DNA of 64,000 nucleotides from Leucoraja ocellata (Eukaryota). Shown here piece after piece: positions 1 to 15,593 of this stretch (position 1 is the first letter of the stretch; the number at the start of each line of letters is the position of its first letter). The notes below the pieces were generated by a model that was not told the DNA's origin, ran no database searches, and saw only the letters and a program-made list of their open reading frames with translations. The position numbers and the translations under genes were made by a program. The stretch lies in NCBI GenBank assembly GCA_036785375.1, contig JAWMAR010000603.1, positions 806,001 to 870,000 of the forward strand, written 5' to 3'.

Positions 1-99
1 ATAAAGTCATCCCTCAACCTCCTTCACGCCGGTGAAAATAAAATCAGCCTATCCAAGCTCTCCCTACAAGTAATGCTTTGACTTGGACCACACCATATC

Positions 100-910
100 T
101 GATAAATAAATTGGAAGTCTATGGTATCGGAGGAACTGAGTTAGAATGGATTGAAAACTAGCTGACAAGTAGAAAATCATTTAAATTAATTGGTACTATT
201 CAGACTGGAAGAAGGTAACTAATGGAGTACTACAGAGATCAGTTCTTGGCCCGCAATTGTTCGCTATTTTTATTAACAACCTGTTGGAATGGATGGTTCT
301 GAATTTGCCAATGTAGGTGGAAGGCTAAGTTGTGGTAATGATACTGGGTTAAAGAAAGATTGAGTGGGCAAAGGATTGAAAAATTTAGTTGGAAAGTGTG
401 GGGTCATGAACTTCGGTAAGATAAATCAAAATGGCGGATTATTATCTAAATGGAGAGAGACTGCAAGTGAATGAGGTATAGAGGTATCCAGATGTTTTGG
501 AGCATGAATTATGAAAGGCTAGCAGGCAGGATAAAAAATAATTTAAGATGATAAACTACATGTGGGGTTCATTGCAATGGGGTTGGAGTTGAAAATTAGG
601 GAGGTTTTGTTACAATTGTACAAGGTGTTAGTGAGTACTATTTTTTTTGGTTTTCCCTTAACCTGTTTTCCCTTCCATTACCTGTTTTGGTCCCTATTTT
701 TTAAAAATGTCATAACATTGGAGGCAGTGCAATGGAGATTTATTGGCTAATTGCTGGAGTGAACCAAGAGGGAATAAATAATTGGGATCTATATTCCTTG
801 GAGTTCTGAAGAATGAGTGGGGATGTTATTCAAACATGTAAGATCCTTTGGCCAGTTGTCTGAGTAGATACTAAGATGTTTTCACCAGTAGTGGAGTCAC
901 AAGCAAGGGG
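100..910 (+). mobile_element. Degenerate CR1-type LINE RT region
   Basis: 205-285 reads DWKKVTNGVLQRSVLGPQLFAIFINNL (RT motif GVPQGSVLGP); further CR1-like ORF2 C-terminal fragments with many stops and frameshifts. Confidence 0.75.
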
Positions 911-2505
911 ATATTAGCTTGAAGAGTAAGTAGGTGAGGTAACACCAGTAAACTGGGCAAATAAAAGTGATTGTGTAGTTATTACCACAGTGCCCACGGT
1001 GTATTTAATGGGATCCAGCTGTGTGCAAATTGGCTGCTGAGTTTCAGCTCGTTTACTACACATTTTAAGAATTATTTCATGGTTGTAAATGTCTTTGAGA
1101 CATCTGGAGATTGTGAAATGCATTTTATAAATGTTAGGTTTTTTCTTGCTATTTTGTGATTAGGTATGCGCCATTTTAAACAGTATAACAGTTCTGTCAA
1201 CAAAAGACAATATAAAATCTTAAATTGATTCAGCTATTTCAGTGTAACTAGAAATTTAAAGCTGATTACCCATGGTAAATATTAATTTTTTGCTCATGAA
1301 GTTAATGGGGAACATATTTCGAAATTATAGCCTGTCAGAAGTTTATATGTGGTTCTGGGTGTAAAATTAATTTATTGTCCAAAAGCCCATTTCCCACAAT
1401 AGCATGCTAATTGGTATCTTGGGCAAGTAAATTTCCTCTTTTTCTAACTATTTGATGTATTTTCCTTCGCAATTCATTCTACCTTATCCACATGATCATT
1501 TTTGTTGGATTTTAATGAATTGATTGAACGACTGAAAAATACAGCATGGAAACGGGCCCTCTGGCCCACCGATTCTTTTAATCTTCTCTCCATTCCCAAT
1601 TTACTGTTACAGCATTTTGTATGAAAATTACTGGTATATCTGAAGGATCCATTTTCACGGAATTTCTTGATTTGCTTCATACACATTTAAAGATACAACA
1701 CATCTTTATGGAACTCTTACAGTATTGGATATGCTGTACATTACACGTCCAAGCTGCTACAACTATTGCCTGACGTAGGCGAGTTCCTAATATTATAAAG
1801 CATGTACCAGGCGGGGCTACTACTAACAAACACAATAATTGGCTAGCATGCAATAGCCAATCTACAATCCCCAACTGGAATATTTTACTTTCCCATATTC
1901 TTTCCAAATTGTGTGATTGCGTTAATTGGCCTCTATAAATTGCCCCTAGTGTGAAGGGAGTGGATGTAAAAGTGGGATAACATAGGACAAATGTGGGTAC
2001 AAAAAATTGCTGGAAAAACTCAGCGGGTGCAGCAGCATCTATGGAGCGAAGAAAATAGGCGACGTTTCGGGCCGAAACCCTTCTTTAGACTCAAGTTCAG
2101 ACTATAGAACAAATGTGAATGGGTGATCAATGGTCGGCGAGGACACATTGACCAAAGGGCCTGTTTCATCACTATCACTAAAACTACACCCTCAAAAGGG
2201 AATTACATAGCATTTTGACAGTTGATGGAGGGAAATCATTTTAATTTTAATTAACAAATGGTAACCATAACACAAAGATTTATGATGTTTGGCAAAAGAA
2301 ACACTGTATTGGGGGATGGAATTTTATCGTATGGAATGCACTGTTTTGTGGAGAGGCAGATCATCTTTTGTCTAATTGGTTGACACTGATTTGATGTAAC
2401 ATTTTGCTCGGAAGTGTAGGATTTACTTTGCACTTCACATGTCTGTGCCACTTATTTTCAAAAAGTAATTTGTACTTCCAACTCCGTTTTATTTTTTGCT
2501 TTTAG

Positions 2506-2588
2506 CAAGAAGTGATGAAGTTTACAGATCCAGAAAAACTCTACCTCTACCTTCAGTTGCCTTCTGGTCTCAGCAATGGAAACAAAAG
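2506..2588 (+). CDS. RFX7: RFX7 internal coding exon (QEVMKFTDPEKLYLYLQLPSGLSNGNK)
   Basis: tttag| acceptor and |gtaatg donor; 83 nt; translation matches the RFX5/RFX7 N-terminal EKLYLYLQLPSG motif; ends phase 2, compatible with the next exon. Confidence 0.95.
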
Positions 2589-2668
2589 GTAATGTCGACA
2601 TGGATATTCTTTTACTCTTTATATAGCTTTTCAAGGAACTATATGTTTATAAATAGTAACTACTTATA

Positions 2669-3187
2669 GGGTGATTTCACCAAAGGTCAAATGAGCGTAG
2701 ATCCCCCCTCACGTGACCGAAAATTTTAACTGGAGGACATATCTCAGTTTGGTACATGTTAGTGAATGGGGAAACACGTACTTTCCCACCCGTTAAAAAC
2801 ATGGAATTAATGGAGTTAATAATCCCTTACTTTTGATGAAATTCAGCGAGCAAACGCGATAATTCCCGATATTTTGGACCTGTAAATCACCACGGCAAAT
2901 GTTTGCTGTTCACTTCTGCTGTTTTCTACCTTCAGTTCCCTCTTGTAATTACCTTACTTTCTATCTTTTTTTTGCCTAAAAATTTAGGTCGCTGTGCTTC
3001 ACGGTCACCCCGACAAGCACAGAAAATGTCAGCTCAAAAATCGGCCGTTTTCCATGTTTTTAACGGGTGGGAAAGTGCGTGTTTCCCCATTCACTAACAT
3101 GTACCAAACTGAGATATGTCCTCCAGTTAAAATTTTCGGTCACGTGAGGGGGGATCTACGCTCATTTGACATTTGGTAAAATCACCC
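2669..3187. mobile_element. Young palindromic MITE with ~138-bp terminal inverted repeats
   Basis: 2669-2806 is the reverse complement of 3050-3187 with about 3 mismatches; termini GGGTGAT...ATCACCC flanked by TATA on both sides. Confidence 0.9.
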
Positions 3188-5125
3188 TATAGAAAATAAG
3201 CGACAACAAATGCTCGCAAGTCAATTAAACTTTAAAGAGGAATCAATCATTTTGTTATAAACAGATGCTGAGTAACAACAGTCAAATAGAAAAGAGGTAC
3301 ACCATTTAATTATTTTTGTTTTAAAAATAAAAATTACTTGGTTCCAGACAAGTAGCTCATAAGCTTAATTTTAGCAACCTATATTTATCATGTTATGATA
3401 GTCGTAGGATCCACAAGTGAATAACTTAACCTTTTGTGCACTTCTCATTAAAAACTTGAATTTTAAAGCAGTTTGTGTTAATTATTAATTTTTCTCGATA
3501 TCTTTTGATATTGCGCTCTTGAATTGATGAACCCTGACCAATTTTCAACAGGATACTAGTTTGAAGCACAGCGTTGATATGTAGCAGCACATTCACACTG
3601 CTACGTTTCTAATCATATCCTTGCTCTGCAGGTTGAAAGGGAAACTATTTCAGATGGGAAGTCTGAGTGGTCTTTCAGCCTGAGACATTGCCTGAAAATA
3701 GATTTGATAAATTTAGAAAAATACTTCTTTTTGGCAGCAGGCAGTTCTGGAAGCAATAATGGTGGAAGAAAATGTCTACTTGTTCATTCTCCTCCAATAG
3801 ATGAATATGATGTTTGCTCAAATTGCAAAATAGGTGGGAGTAGACAAACAAGAAAACTGGACCAAGTTGTTCGCTTGGACTCTGCAGTCCATCACAACGT
3901 GAACTGTGTGTAAATTAACATGTTGAAGTAATTGTATCACAACTACTGCATGATTGGTTTCCTTTAACAAATGATGCAGCTGTAAGTGGCAGTTTTGAAG
4001 TCTGGTAGCTTGATCATTTTCACCTGTTTAAATGGCAAGTTACTACAAGTTTACTGTGCGCATGTAGCTCTGGCCTGGCTCCAGGTATTATCTACATTTG
4101 AAATGTGCAAATTGTTATCACTCTAAAATAACCATAAACAATCGGTTTAATGGGATGTGCTGTATATCTTCTGGAAAATAGAAGATAAACATCCCATTAA
4201 ATCTCGTTGAAAGGTTTGATTCGAGGGTATTTACTACGAGAGCAGGAACAGTATGGAGCTAGGGGGTCATAAATGAGAGACCATCACAACTAATCCAAAA
4301 GGGAATTTGGGAAATAATACTTTATGTAGTGTTTAGCATGTGGCACATACCATTTTAAAAAGTAGATGAGGCATTTAAGAAGAAGCTAGATATATATGAG
4401 GGAGTAAGGAATGAAAAATACATTGCGTTAGCAGAAGAAAAAGTGAGAAGTTCAATTCCAAATATATCCTTTTGGGTCAAACAGTCTATTTCTCTGTTGT
4501 AACTGCTGTACAGTTATAAAGCAATAATACTGATTAGGCAGTTCTACTCAGGTCAAAAGCTAGCTTTATACTGTAAGAGCACCAGATTTATTATATCATT
4601 CATCAAAATTGTCATGCAGATAAACAATCAGTATGATTTTTCTTACATTTTATGTTGGGATAGGGTTAGAAAATCTGCTTCCTTTGAGCTTTATTCCAAC
4701 AACTTAATCAGCCGCATAGTAACATATATTTCTAATCTATTTTGTAGACTATAATAAATATTGAGGAATATAATTACAAGTAAGTTTTTTAATATTAAAA
4801 TAGACAACTGTTATAAAAAAATAGTTTAACTTGGTTTTCCTGATTTATTAGCAACTGGAATAAGGAAAACAAATTAAAATGTTAAAAGCTATTAAGTTTA
4901 TTATCAGAAATCTTTATTGTCAGAAATAATTGAAATTGTATTATGAGAAAGCGGCCTGTCAATTAATTAATTAATTAATTTGTGAGTTGATTAGCTTGTC
5001 ACAAATTCCAAAAGGTTAGATTTAATGGTAACTTTTCTCCTGTTTCTAAAACCAGAAAACCTTCCCTGTGCATCTTGCTTAATTTCTATGTTGCAACTAT
5101 GCTAACATTTCTTCGTTGTTTGCAG

Positions 5126-5248
5126 CAATCCAAGCTCTTTGTCTTCAAGCCGTACTCTGCAAATGCATGCATGTAACTGGATCCGAAATCATTTGGAGGA
5201 CCACCCAGATACTTCACTGCCCAAGCAAGAGGTTTATGACGAATACAA
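5126..5248 (+). CDS. RFX7: RFX7 coding exon, start of RFX winged-helix DNA-binding domain ([35 protein letters not shown])
   Basis: tgcag| acceptor, |gtgggt donor, 123 nt, RFX DBD motif [20 protein letters not shown]. Confidence 0.95.
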
Positions 5249-6673
5249 GTGGGTATTACATTAGAAAACGTAAATGACCAAGTGAAATATAGATTACAGA
5301 CAGACTTTAAACATGGTTTGTAGTTTATAAATGATGCATCAGTGAAGAGCTTCATAACTTAACTGATATATAAATGTTCTACAATTTTTCATCCTTGTAA
5401 TATACTTTGCTAATTAAGGATAATTTAGATTTCTTTAAGATTAATCCGTTGAATCTTCAATCTTTTTTACTCTCGCAGATGTTTCTGTTATTCGTTAACG
5501 TTATGGGACAGAGCCATAACAACAGATAATTCCGTTTCTTCCCTTTTGATAAATATTGTTTGTTTATTGATCTAATCATGGTTATGAAAACATAAATACA
5601 TCGAGGAGCAATGATTTGCCCGTAATATTCTTTGTTATCTATTGTTAAAAGGACAACCTATTTTTCAGGATATTGGATCTTCTGCTGTTAGAACATTTAT
5701 GAAAAGATATGAGGAGCTATAAAATAATTTGGTTACAACTAATGAAGAATGCAATACCTGGAAGCAAATAGCATATTTTGTAAAGAGTTATGTTTTGCAT
5801 TTTGTAAAATACACTACTAATACTTTGATTAAACCGCATTGGACTGGTCCTTCCTTGCTGGATTTGCAGCTTACAGTCTGCCCAAGGCCATACTTAGTTA
5901 AGCCAGATGACGAAGGCAAGTGCTGTTGGCTCACCAGATATCAGGATCCAGCATTGTTGAGGGATGGTGACTCAGCCTCTGGCAGCTTGGCCTTAAATGT
6001 TCCTGACAGGATTTAGTTACATTTGAAAAAAAATCGAGCCATTTTATCACCCCTCGGACCCCTGCATATGTGTATTCACTGAATTCTGTATCTGGAGCGA
6101 GCTTCCAGAGGAAGATATTGAGGCAGATACAATTACCCATCACTGGGCCCTCGCCTTTCTTCACGTCTGACGCCTGGGACAAAATCCCAGTGTGTTTTAA
6201 GCTTTTTCCTTTTCTCTTCCCCCTCTCCTCCCCCAAATCAAACTCCTCCTGACCCAAGTAATATAATGCTAGGGAAAACACAGTAATACTGACTCTCGAT
6301 CTATCATAAAGTTATAAACTTTGGCACTTCACAGACCTACAATTATCTTGAACTTCAGTTTGAAAGTGTCAGATGATCTATGATAGTGATTCACATGGAT
6401 CCACCAAAAAATGATCATGATTAGTACAGCTATTTTTCATCATTTGGAATCATAAAATGAGGCAAATACTGAAAACGTCAAATCATCAACCTAAAACGTA
6501 ACTGTTTTTCTCTCCACAGATACTGCCTGAGCTGCTAAGAATGTCTAGAATATTCTGGTTTTATTTCAGATTTCAAGCATCTATGGCATTTTACTTTTGA
6601 AATTTGATTATTATTATTTATGCAAGGTAGTTGTGCCTGAAAGCAGGTGAGTTCATTGAAAGATGATCTGCCC

Positions 6674-7089
6674 TAGAATTTAGGAGATTGAGAGGGGATC
6701 TTATAGAAACTTACAAAATTCTTAAGGGGTTGGACAGGCTAGATGCAGGAAGATTGTTCCCGATGTTGGGGAAGTCCAGGACAAGGGGTCACAGCTTAAG
6801 GATAAGGGGGAAATCCTTTAAAACCGAGATGAGGAGAACTTTTTTCACACAGAGTGGTGAATCTCTGGAACTCTCTGCCACAGAGGGTAGTTGAGGCCAG
6901 TTCATTGGCTATATTTAAGAGGGAGTTAGATGTGGCCCTTGTGGCTAAGGGGATCAGAGGGTATGGAGAGAAGGCAGGTACGGGATACTGAGTTGGATGA
7001 TCAGCCATGATCATATTGAATGGCGGTGCAGGCTCGAAGGGCCAAATGGCCTACTCCTGCACCTAATTTCTATGTTTCTATGTTTCTAT
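6674..7089 (+). mobile_element. CR1/HER1-like LINE 3' end
   Basis: RLRGDLIETYKILKGLDRLDAGRLFP...TRGHSLRIRG (CR1 ORF2 C-terminus); (TTTCTATG)n tail. Confidence 0.92.
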
Positions 7090-8601
7090 ACCTCTAACAT
7101 TCCATACACTTTTTGTAAAATTACTTCATTTTCAAGATTGATAAAATCATAAATAATTTGGAACAGAGAAGATGACCATAATGAAAAAAAGAGCTCCCCG
7201 AGATCCATAACTCTACAGGTCAGGGCTCTTCAAGCAATCGTCCAAATATTGTTTAAATGCGATAAGTTATCCGTGCACTCATTTTAAGCAGTGAGAACTC
7301 TGCACTCTAATTCCTCCACCAAGTGCCTTAAATCCGTACACCCTAACTTTTGACCCTTCTGCTGAAGGACTAGATCATTCCCATTTATTCTACCAGGCCA
7401 TTCATTTTAAAATGATCTTCCCTCTGTCATATTTCTAATGAAAGTACCCATTGGTTATCCAGTTTTCAATTCCTGGTTCAATTTTCCTGGCTTGGCAACA
7501 TCTTTGTAAATTTCTGAATCCTATAATCTTTCCTATCGTGTGATATTTGCTATATAGAGACAAGTAATAACAGCAGAATCTGATTGATAATAGTTGTAAA
7601 AAATGTTGTGCAAAGTAATTTGGTAACTGGAGTACATCACAATGAATGCTTTCAACAAGAACTTTGTTAACTACAAGATTTGCAGGTAGCCTTAGGATGG
7701 GATGACTTCTGAGGTTTCAACATTTTAGGTAGTTGGAAGTAGGAAAGGTTTGTCCAGAAATGCTTAAAGCGCAACCATAAATTGTTCTCCTGAAATGGTT
7801 TCCAGCTGCCCGGTCGGTATCCGCAATGCAGTTTTGTGACTGATTAGCCGCAATTTTTTAGCAAGTTGATTGAGAGTCTTTGTGGCACAAAGATCCATTG
7901 TTATTCCTATTCATGAAATGGAACGTCACTCTGTTCAGTTCAGACTAGAAGTTAGTTATAAGAACAACAATGTCAGTGCTCATGGCGGCAAACTGAATTT
8001 AAAACCATTCACCATTAAAACCATTTTTGTCACCACCCGCTGAGTTTCTCCAGCATTTATGGCAAGTCTGAAGAAAGGTTTCGACCCAAAACGTTGCCTG
8101 TTTCCTTTGCTCCATGGATGCTGCCTCGCCCTCTGAGTTTCTCTAGCATTTTTGTCTACCTTAAACCCATTAATTCTGGTCCTTAATTTCAGTGGTTAAT
8201 AACCTACATAGGCTAATAATCTAAGACTGCGCATTATAATCTTCAACCATGCATCTGAGCAGTTCATTAGTTTTCAAAGGCTTGTGGGCATTTCAAGGAC
8301 ACAAGGCTGAACTAACAGATTTTCCTCATTAGTTTATGTTAGTCCCTGTTAAAACCTAACGCATTTATAATCGCTTTTTATATGTTACGCAATATCATAA
8401 TCAATTTCACAATAAACCAGCAAGTTTAAACGGAGTTGGGGAGATGGGTTCCCATTTGGTTCAAGGAGAGCATGGAAACTAGGGCTCTGGTGAGTTTAAA
8501 GGACAGTGGAGAATATGCCCAGCCTGATCTGCCAGGCTAGTCTTCCTACTTGCATTTCACAACGCATATATTTTTTTGTCTTGTTTCCTTTTTCTCCAAT
8601 T

Positions 8602-8826
8602 GAAATATAGAAAATAGGTGCAAGAGGAGGCCATTTGGCCCTTTGAGCCAGCACCGCCATTTATGGTGATCATGGCTGATCATCCCCTATCAATAACCCG
8701 TGCCTGCCTTCTCTCCATATCCCTTGACTCCACTAGCCCCTAGAGCTCTATCCAACTCTCTCTTAAATCCATCCAGTGACTTGGCCTCCACTGCCCTCTG
8801 TGGCAGGGAATTCCATAAATTCACAA
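8602..8826 (-). mobile_element. CR1-like LINE 3' end
   Basis: reverse-complement similarity to the 3' part of 6674-7089. Confidence 0.85.
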
Positions 8827-8892
8827 TTGCTCCCATTTACTCCTTGACGAGATAACATTGTTTACAGTTTATCCTCGTGCCACTCCTGAAGT

Positions 8893-8920
8893 CTGAAGAA
8901 GGGCCACGACCCGAAACGTC
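8893..8920 (+). ncRNA. Minimal type-I hammerhead ribozyme motif (PLE-associated)
   Basis: CTGAAGA-A-GGGccacgaCCC-GAAA-CGTC; core boxes intact; activity not shown. Confidence 0.6.
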
Positions 8921-9923
8921 ACCTTTTCCTTCGCTTCATAGATGCTGTCTCACCCGCTGAATTTCTTCAGCTTTTTTGTCTACCTTCGATTTTTCCAGCA
9001 TCTGCAGTTCTTTCTTAAACAAAGTAAGGTAACATATGACTTTGTAATTATAGCCATGTTGGATTTGATCCAAGGCAAAACCAGATTCATTGTATAGTAA
9101 AATGGACAATATAGCTTAAAAAATTGAGATTTGTTTGCTAGTGCTGTACTAGCAGATTTTCTGGAGTATTAAAAGCCACTACTATTAATACACAAATGCA
9201 TTTTCATTTCATTTTTTAAAAACATTTTACACAGTAGTATAATATGTGAACAGGAAATATACAAGCACTGTGGACCTTTGCTGTGTTTGCAAGGCTACAT
9301 GCTTCCTGACCCCCTGGTGTTTCAGCCCCAACCCTGTTTGCAGCTGCACAACGGCCCACTCTCCAGCATTCCTTTCTGACCGTGCTGCTGACCCCTGGCT
9401 CCTGTCACATTGCCTGATCACATTTTGGAATTCTGGCACACACTCTGGACTAACGAATGATTTCTGAACTATCCAGATTGTCAGAGTTTTATTTGTTCTG
9501 CAGTGTTTAACGTGTTGCCAGGGTCAGTGTAATTACTGGAGCACTTTAGATACGACAACATGCTTTGTGTTATATATGGTCCTCAGGCAAAAAGATTTTG
9601 TGCCTGTCTCTCCACTAGTTAAAACTTACAGCACCTCTTGTTCCCACGTGGCCTTTCAGCCAAGTACTAACGTCCTAAATCTACTTATTACTTGGTTTCT
9701 GAGATGCCATCTGGGTGGCAGTACCTTAGCATTTAAACAAATCAGTTATCGAGTACATAAATACACAAACTTGTAATATAAATGGCCTTCCTTTCAAAAT
9801 CCCTATTGTGTATACTTAGTGAGTAGTGATTTAGCCTGCAGCAGAAAGTTCTGCAGTTTCTATGAACCACCCTGTGGTGTACTTGAATGGTGTTGGGGAA
9901 ATTTGCATACAGTAGTTCCCTAT

Positions 9924-11418
9924 AAGCGAGCTTGGTATCTCTCGTGCGCAATGAATCATGGGATTTGTCAAAGGTCATTCGGGATAAACAAAGAGCATTG
10001 CCAGTGATTGCGAACGCAGTGCTTTATAAACTGTGTGTACGTATTGGGCGGAACTGTGTAAAAATAACATTTCCGGTCTGAGTTTTCGTCTTTTTTGTAT
10101 CTTAAAATGATAGCAAGCAACCCTCTATCGCGTGTACAACAACCATGACATGCCACCTAAATAATCATCTAGCATGTTTTTATCAATTATTTGCAATTCC
10201 AAAGCACTATGATTTTCCCCAACATTTTATCTCTACCTGGTACATGAAGAATTATTTGAAAACTACCCAGCAGATATGCCAAATGAGTTCCCGACATGCA
10301 TCCTGGAACTAATCCAGACACACATACAGTATAACTATTATTAAATAGTTATTGTGGCTTGAAGAAACAAATTATCTTAAAATTGTTTATACAAATGCAA
10401 CTACACTGGGCCTTCACAAAGTAAATGTATAGTTCAGTACTGTCATACTTGCGAGAAACACCAAGGCGCAGCTTTATCAACACGTACCATTTCATCCTTG
10501 ATGCTGAGTTTTGACCTGGGTCCAGATTTCTTTGGAGATTGTTTAAATGTCCTTGGTACTTTAGTACTAACGACTTTTTTCTTCCCATCCCAATATCGCA
10601 TTTTCATTGCTTTATGTTTCACCTGCTCGCATAGGTCTTCGAAGAAAGCCCTGTCAATCTTATCGCATTTTTGTCGGTCTTGATATTGCTACAAAAAGAG
10701 TTTTTAGCTGCAGCATTCTTCAGTTTTAATTTCAATTCTTCTACCTTGCCTTCCAAAATTTCAACTTTGTCGGTCAGTTTGTTTATGTCCTTCTGTTTTT
10801 GGATGCATCCCGTGCAAGTACAGTTCTCTTGACTGCTGCATTTGTACACATACACATGATCTACAGCAAATGCTCAAACGCTTGTTGACTTGTCCGTCAT
10901 CAACGTGTTGGTCAACATTGGTTTGCTTTACACAACTTTACTTACACATGTACATGCAGAATTCATTCAGAAGTCAACAAATGTGCATACAGCCCGTGAC
11001 TGTGGACTGGTATAGTAAGAGGTGAAAACCCCGCAAATACTTTTCATATTATCTATTGATAGTTATAGAAATCATACATTTAATTTCATTCTCCCCACCC
11101 CCCCTCCAAAAAAAACCCAATTAAAAATGGTTATTCATTGTCACGATCTCGCTCACTCAAGCGAGCCAGCAAGTGACCAAGGAAAAGCCAATAAAACCAC
11201 CAAATCAGCGTTGTTTTGTACATTTGAACCATATATACACCTAGTTAATAGTTTTGAAAGCAGTATTTTCTTACCTTGAAGAAGCAAAACTGGAAAATAC
11301 ATATGAAACGAAGGTCAAAACAATTATCGATCGTAGCTCAGCTGGCGAGAATGTTTGTCCCGAATGACCCACGACCTGGGCAACTCACGCATGCGCAGTT
11401 GTAATACCAAACTCGCTT
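9924..11418 (-). mobile_element. Internally deleted ISL2EU-like (PIF/Harbinger-related) DNA transposon
   Basis: TIRs AAGCGAGCTTGGTAT...GGTCATTCGGGATAAACA and TGTTTGTCCCGAATGACC...ATACCAAACTCGCTT; AT on both flanks; minus-strand transposase remnants DHVY..CTCTGC, coiled coil, KTDKNAIRLTGL, MRYWDGKK, SGPRSKLSIKDEM/VLIKLRLG. Confidence 0.75.
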
Positions 11419-13651
11419 ATTTGGAGGATGCTACGCTGGAGGAAGAATTTTGCTCCCAGTGTTTAACTTGTACATAAACACGGAATGCATGTGTCAGTCA
11501 GATAAGGTAAATGCTGCTTGGGATGTTATGGAGGTGAAATTCAATTCCGGTTTAAAAAAAAAAGTATTTAAAGGGAGTGTCTAATAATAAATAGTTATGT
11601 CATGTTATTCAGCAATTTCTGCCTTTCATCTGTTGTCAATATTGCAGCAGCTATCTTAAAGTTTTGCAGTTTATTAATTTAAACAAAATTGGCTGAAGGT
11701 TATCTTTTGGCACATTAATGTAGATATTTCCCACAATATGAAAGTTTGGGTCGATGATTTAATATACTGATATCTTGTGTGCACCTCAGTATCTGACTTT
11801 ACTGGTTAAATTTTGCAAATTTGTGCTGCTTTTGGCAAATAGTTGCTATCTTCATATACTTTATTATTTCTGACTTCTGATGCCTTATAAAACAGAGTTG
11901 TGGAATATTGGTATTGGATCCTTTTTTATAAAGTTTAATTGTACATGGAAAAGTTATTTCTTGTAATATCATTACACCCTAATAGTGGTCAATACCAACA
12001 TTCAATCATTGTCCATTGCATTTAGTCCAAATGCTTAATAATTCATGAGTAATGGGAAAGACGCTTCTTACTCTGGCCATTTGAGAGGTCGGCTCCCAAA
12101 TCAATGGAGAAGGCTTGATGAGAGCAAGACTTCTGAGCATTGGAGCAGTTCCAAATCTCACTGGCTGGCAGAGCTACCATTTAAATTGGATTTACTGTGA
12201 ACGGTGGATCATCAGCACCAATCAAACATGCATTGCTTTGTAGTGTGCGTTTTGTCAGGTGTTTTATTTATGAATGTGAGTTTTATGAATTGTGATTTGT
12301 TTACATAGTGAACAGTTAACCCCCAATTTTCTTTTGTCTTCAAATAGTGAATTTTTTAAAAGTATTTTGTTGCACAGCAGGTAAATTTAAGCTTTAAATT
12401 ACATTGTGTTAATATAAATTTGTGTTGAATCTTATTCCCATCGCTGAATTTTTTAAAAACTTTTTAAGTATGGTTTTGGCCATCGTTCAGGAATATTTAC
12501 ACAACGTTTCGTATTTGGGTAACTTTTCTTTTTCCCCATTATAATGCAGGAACATTTGTCAGATGTAATTTTCTAAGTGTTGATGATTTCCATAAAAGCT
12601 CATGCAATTAATAATTTACTCTTAATATCACTGGCTTTTAATTTAAAGAACATGTTTTAATGGGGTTTCTGCATTTGGCGGGGACAATATAATCTGGGGG
12701 GTAAATATGGACATAATGCACCAAATGATAAAGGGTCTGAAGAAATGTCGCCCATTCCTTCTCTCCATAGATGCTGCCTTACCTGCTGAGTTACTCCAGC
12801 GTTTTGTGTCTACAAATGATATTTAAACCTGCCCATGGTCAACCATTACTGATTAATTTAATAGGCCATGTGGTGGGTTCTGTATTAAATTTCAATGGGC
12901 GAGTAAACATGAAATGAATGAATAATTATTGATTAAAAGTTTCTGCAGTTACCGATTGTTAAAGTGCTTCAATCCATGCATCATATTAAAATGCTCGATA
13001 TTTTCCAGACTTGCCCTTTTCAATTAAAATAAAAACAACAAATAAACACATTACCCAGCAGGGCAGGCAAATATTTTGTTTTTACTTTGAACCCTCTAGT
13101 ACAAATAAAAAAAAGAAAAAGATTTGGCCATTCTGTCTATAGAATTCCAGAAACTAATACCAGCACATTTCACTTATCAGATTTAATGCATTGCAATTGG
13201 AGCTGAAGTCTGCTGTTGAATTCTTGAACTGGGTTTAGTGCCTGCTGCCTTAACTATACATTAATAATGGTGGACTTATTAAATAATATTAAAAACAATT
13301 GCATTTTTCTTTTGATATAATGGGGCAATTTATAGGTTAGTTATTCTTGCAAACTGTGAGTTAAAGTTCTTTCTGATGGAATATTTAAGTCCACGTACAT
13401 TACAAACACAGGTACAAATGTACTAATGAATATGGTGTATTAGAACAAGTTATCAGATTGGGTGAGCCTTTAAAAAAAGATAAACATCGGTAATGGCAAT
13501 TCATGATTCTATTGTTGATCTCTTGTGGATTCGTCACATGACAAAGGTATGGTAACTTTTGAACGGTGTTTGGGTGGATGGGGGAAGAAGTGTTCAATAT
13601 CTGAAGAAGTGAGAATGCAGGCCTCAGATCTAAAATTACCCCCAGACTTAA

Positions 13652-15508
<1,857 letters not shown>

Positions 15509-15593
15509 ATATTGCTATAGTGGTCTGAGGAAAAAGGCTTTTGTTCACATGCCGTCACTACCAAGCTTGGATTTTCACAAAACCACTGAAGGG
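15509..15593 (+). CDS. RFX7: RFX7 coding exon, end of DBD ([28 protein letters not shown])
   Basis: follows AC acceptor; 85 nt; |gtaagt donor; translation matches RFX7. Confidence 0.95.

Noticed and set aside
5830-6290. GC-richer unique intronic block (TGACTCA site) as a cryptic exon or enhancer
   Set aside because: No convincing splice-site pair or homology; cannot be supported without conservation data.
9742-10156. Minus-strand ORFs with DRG..PP..QF-like residues as a DDE catalytic domain
   Set aside because: Similarity is weak and the frames run through and beyond the left TIR; not supportable.
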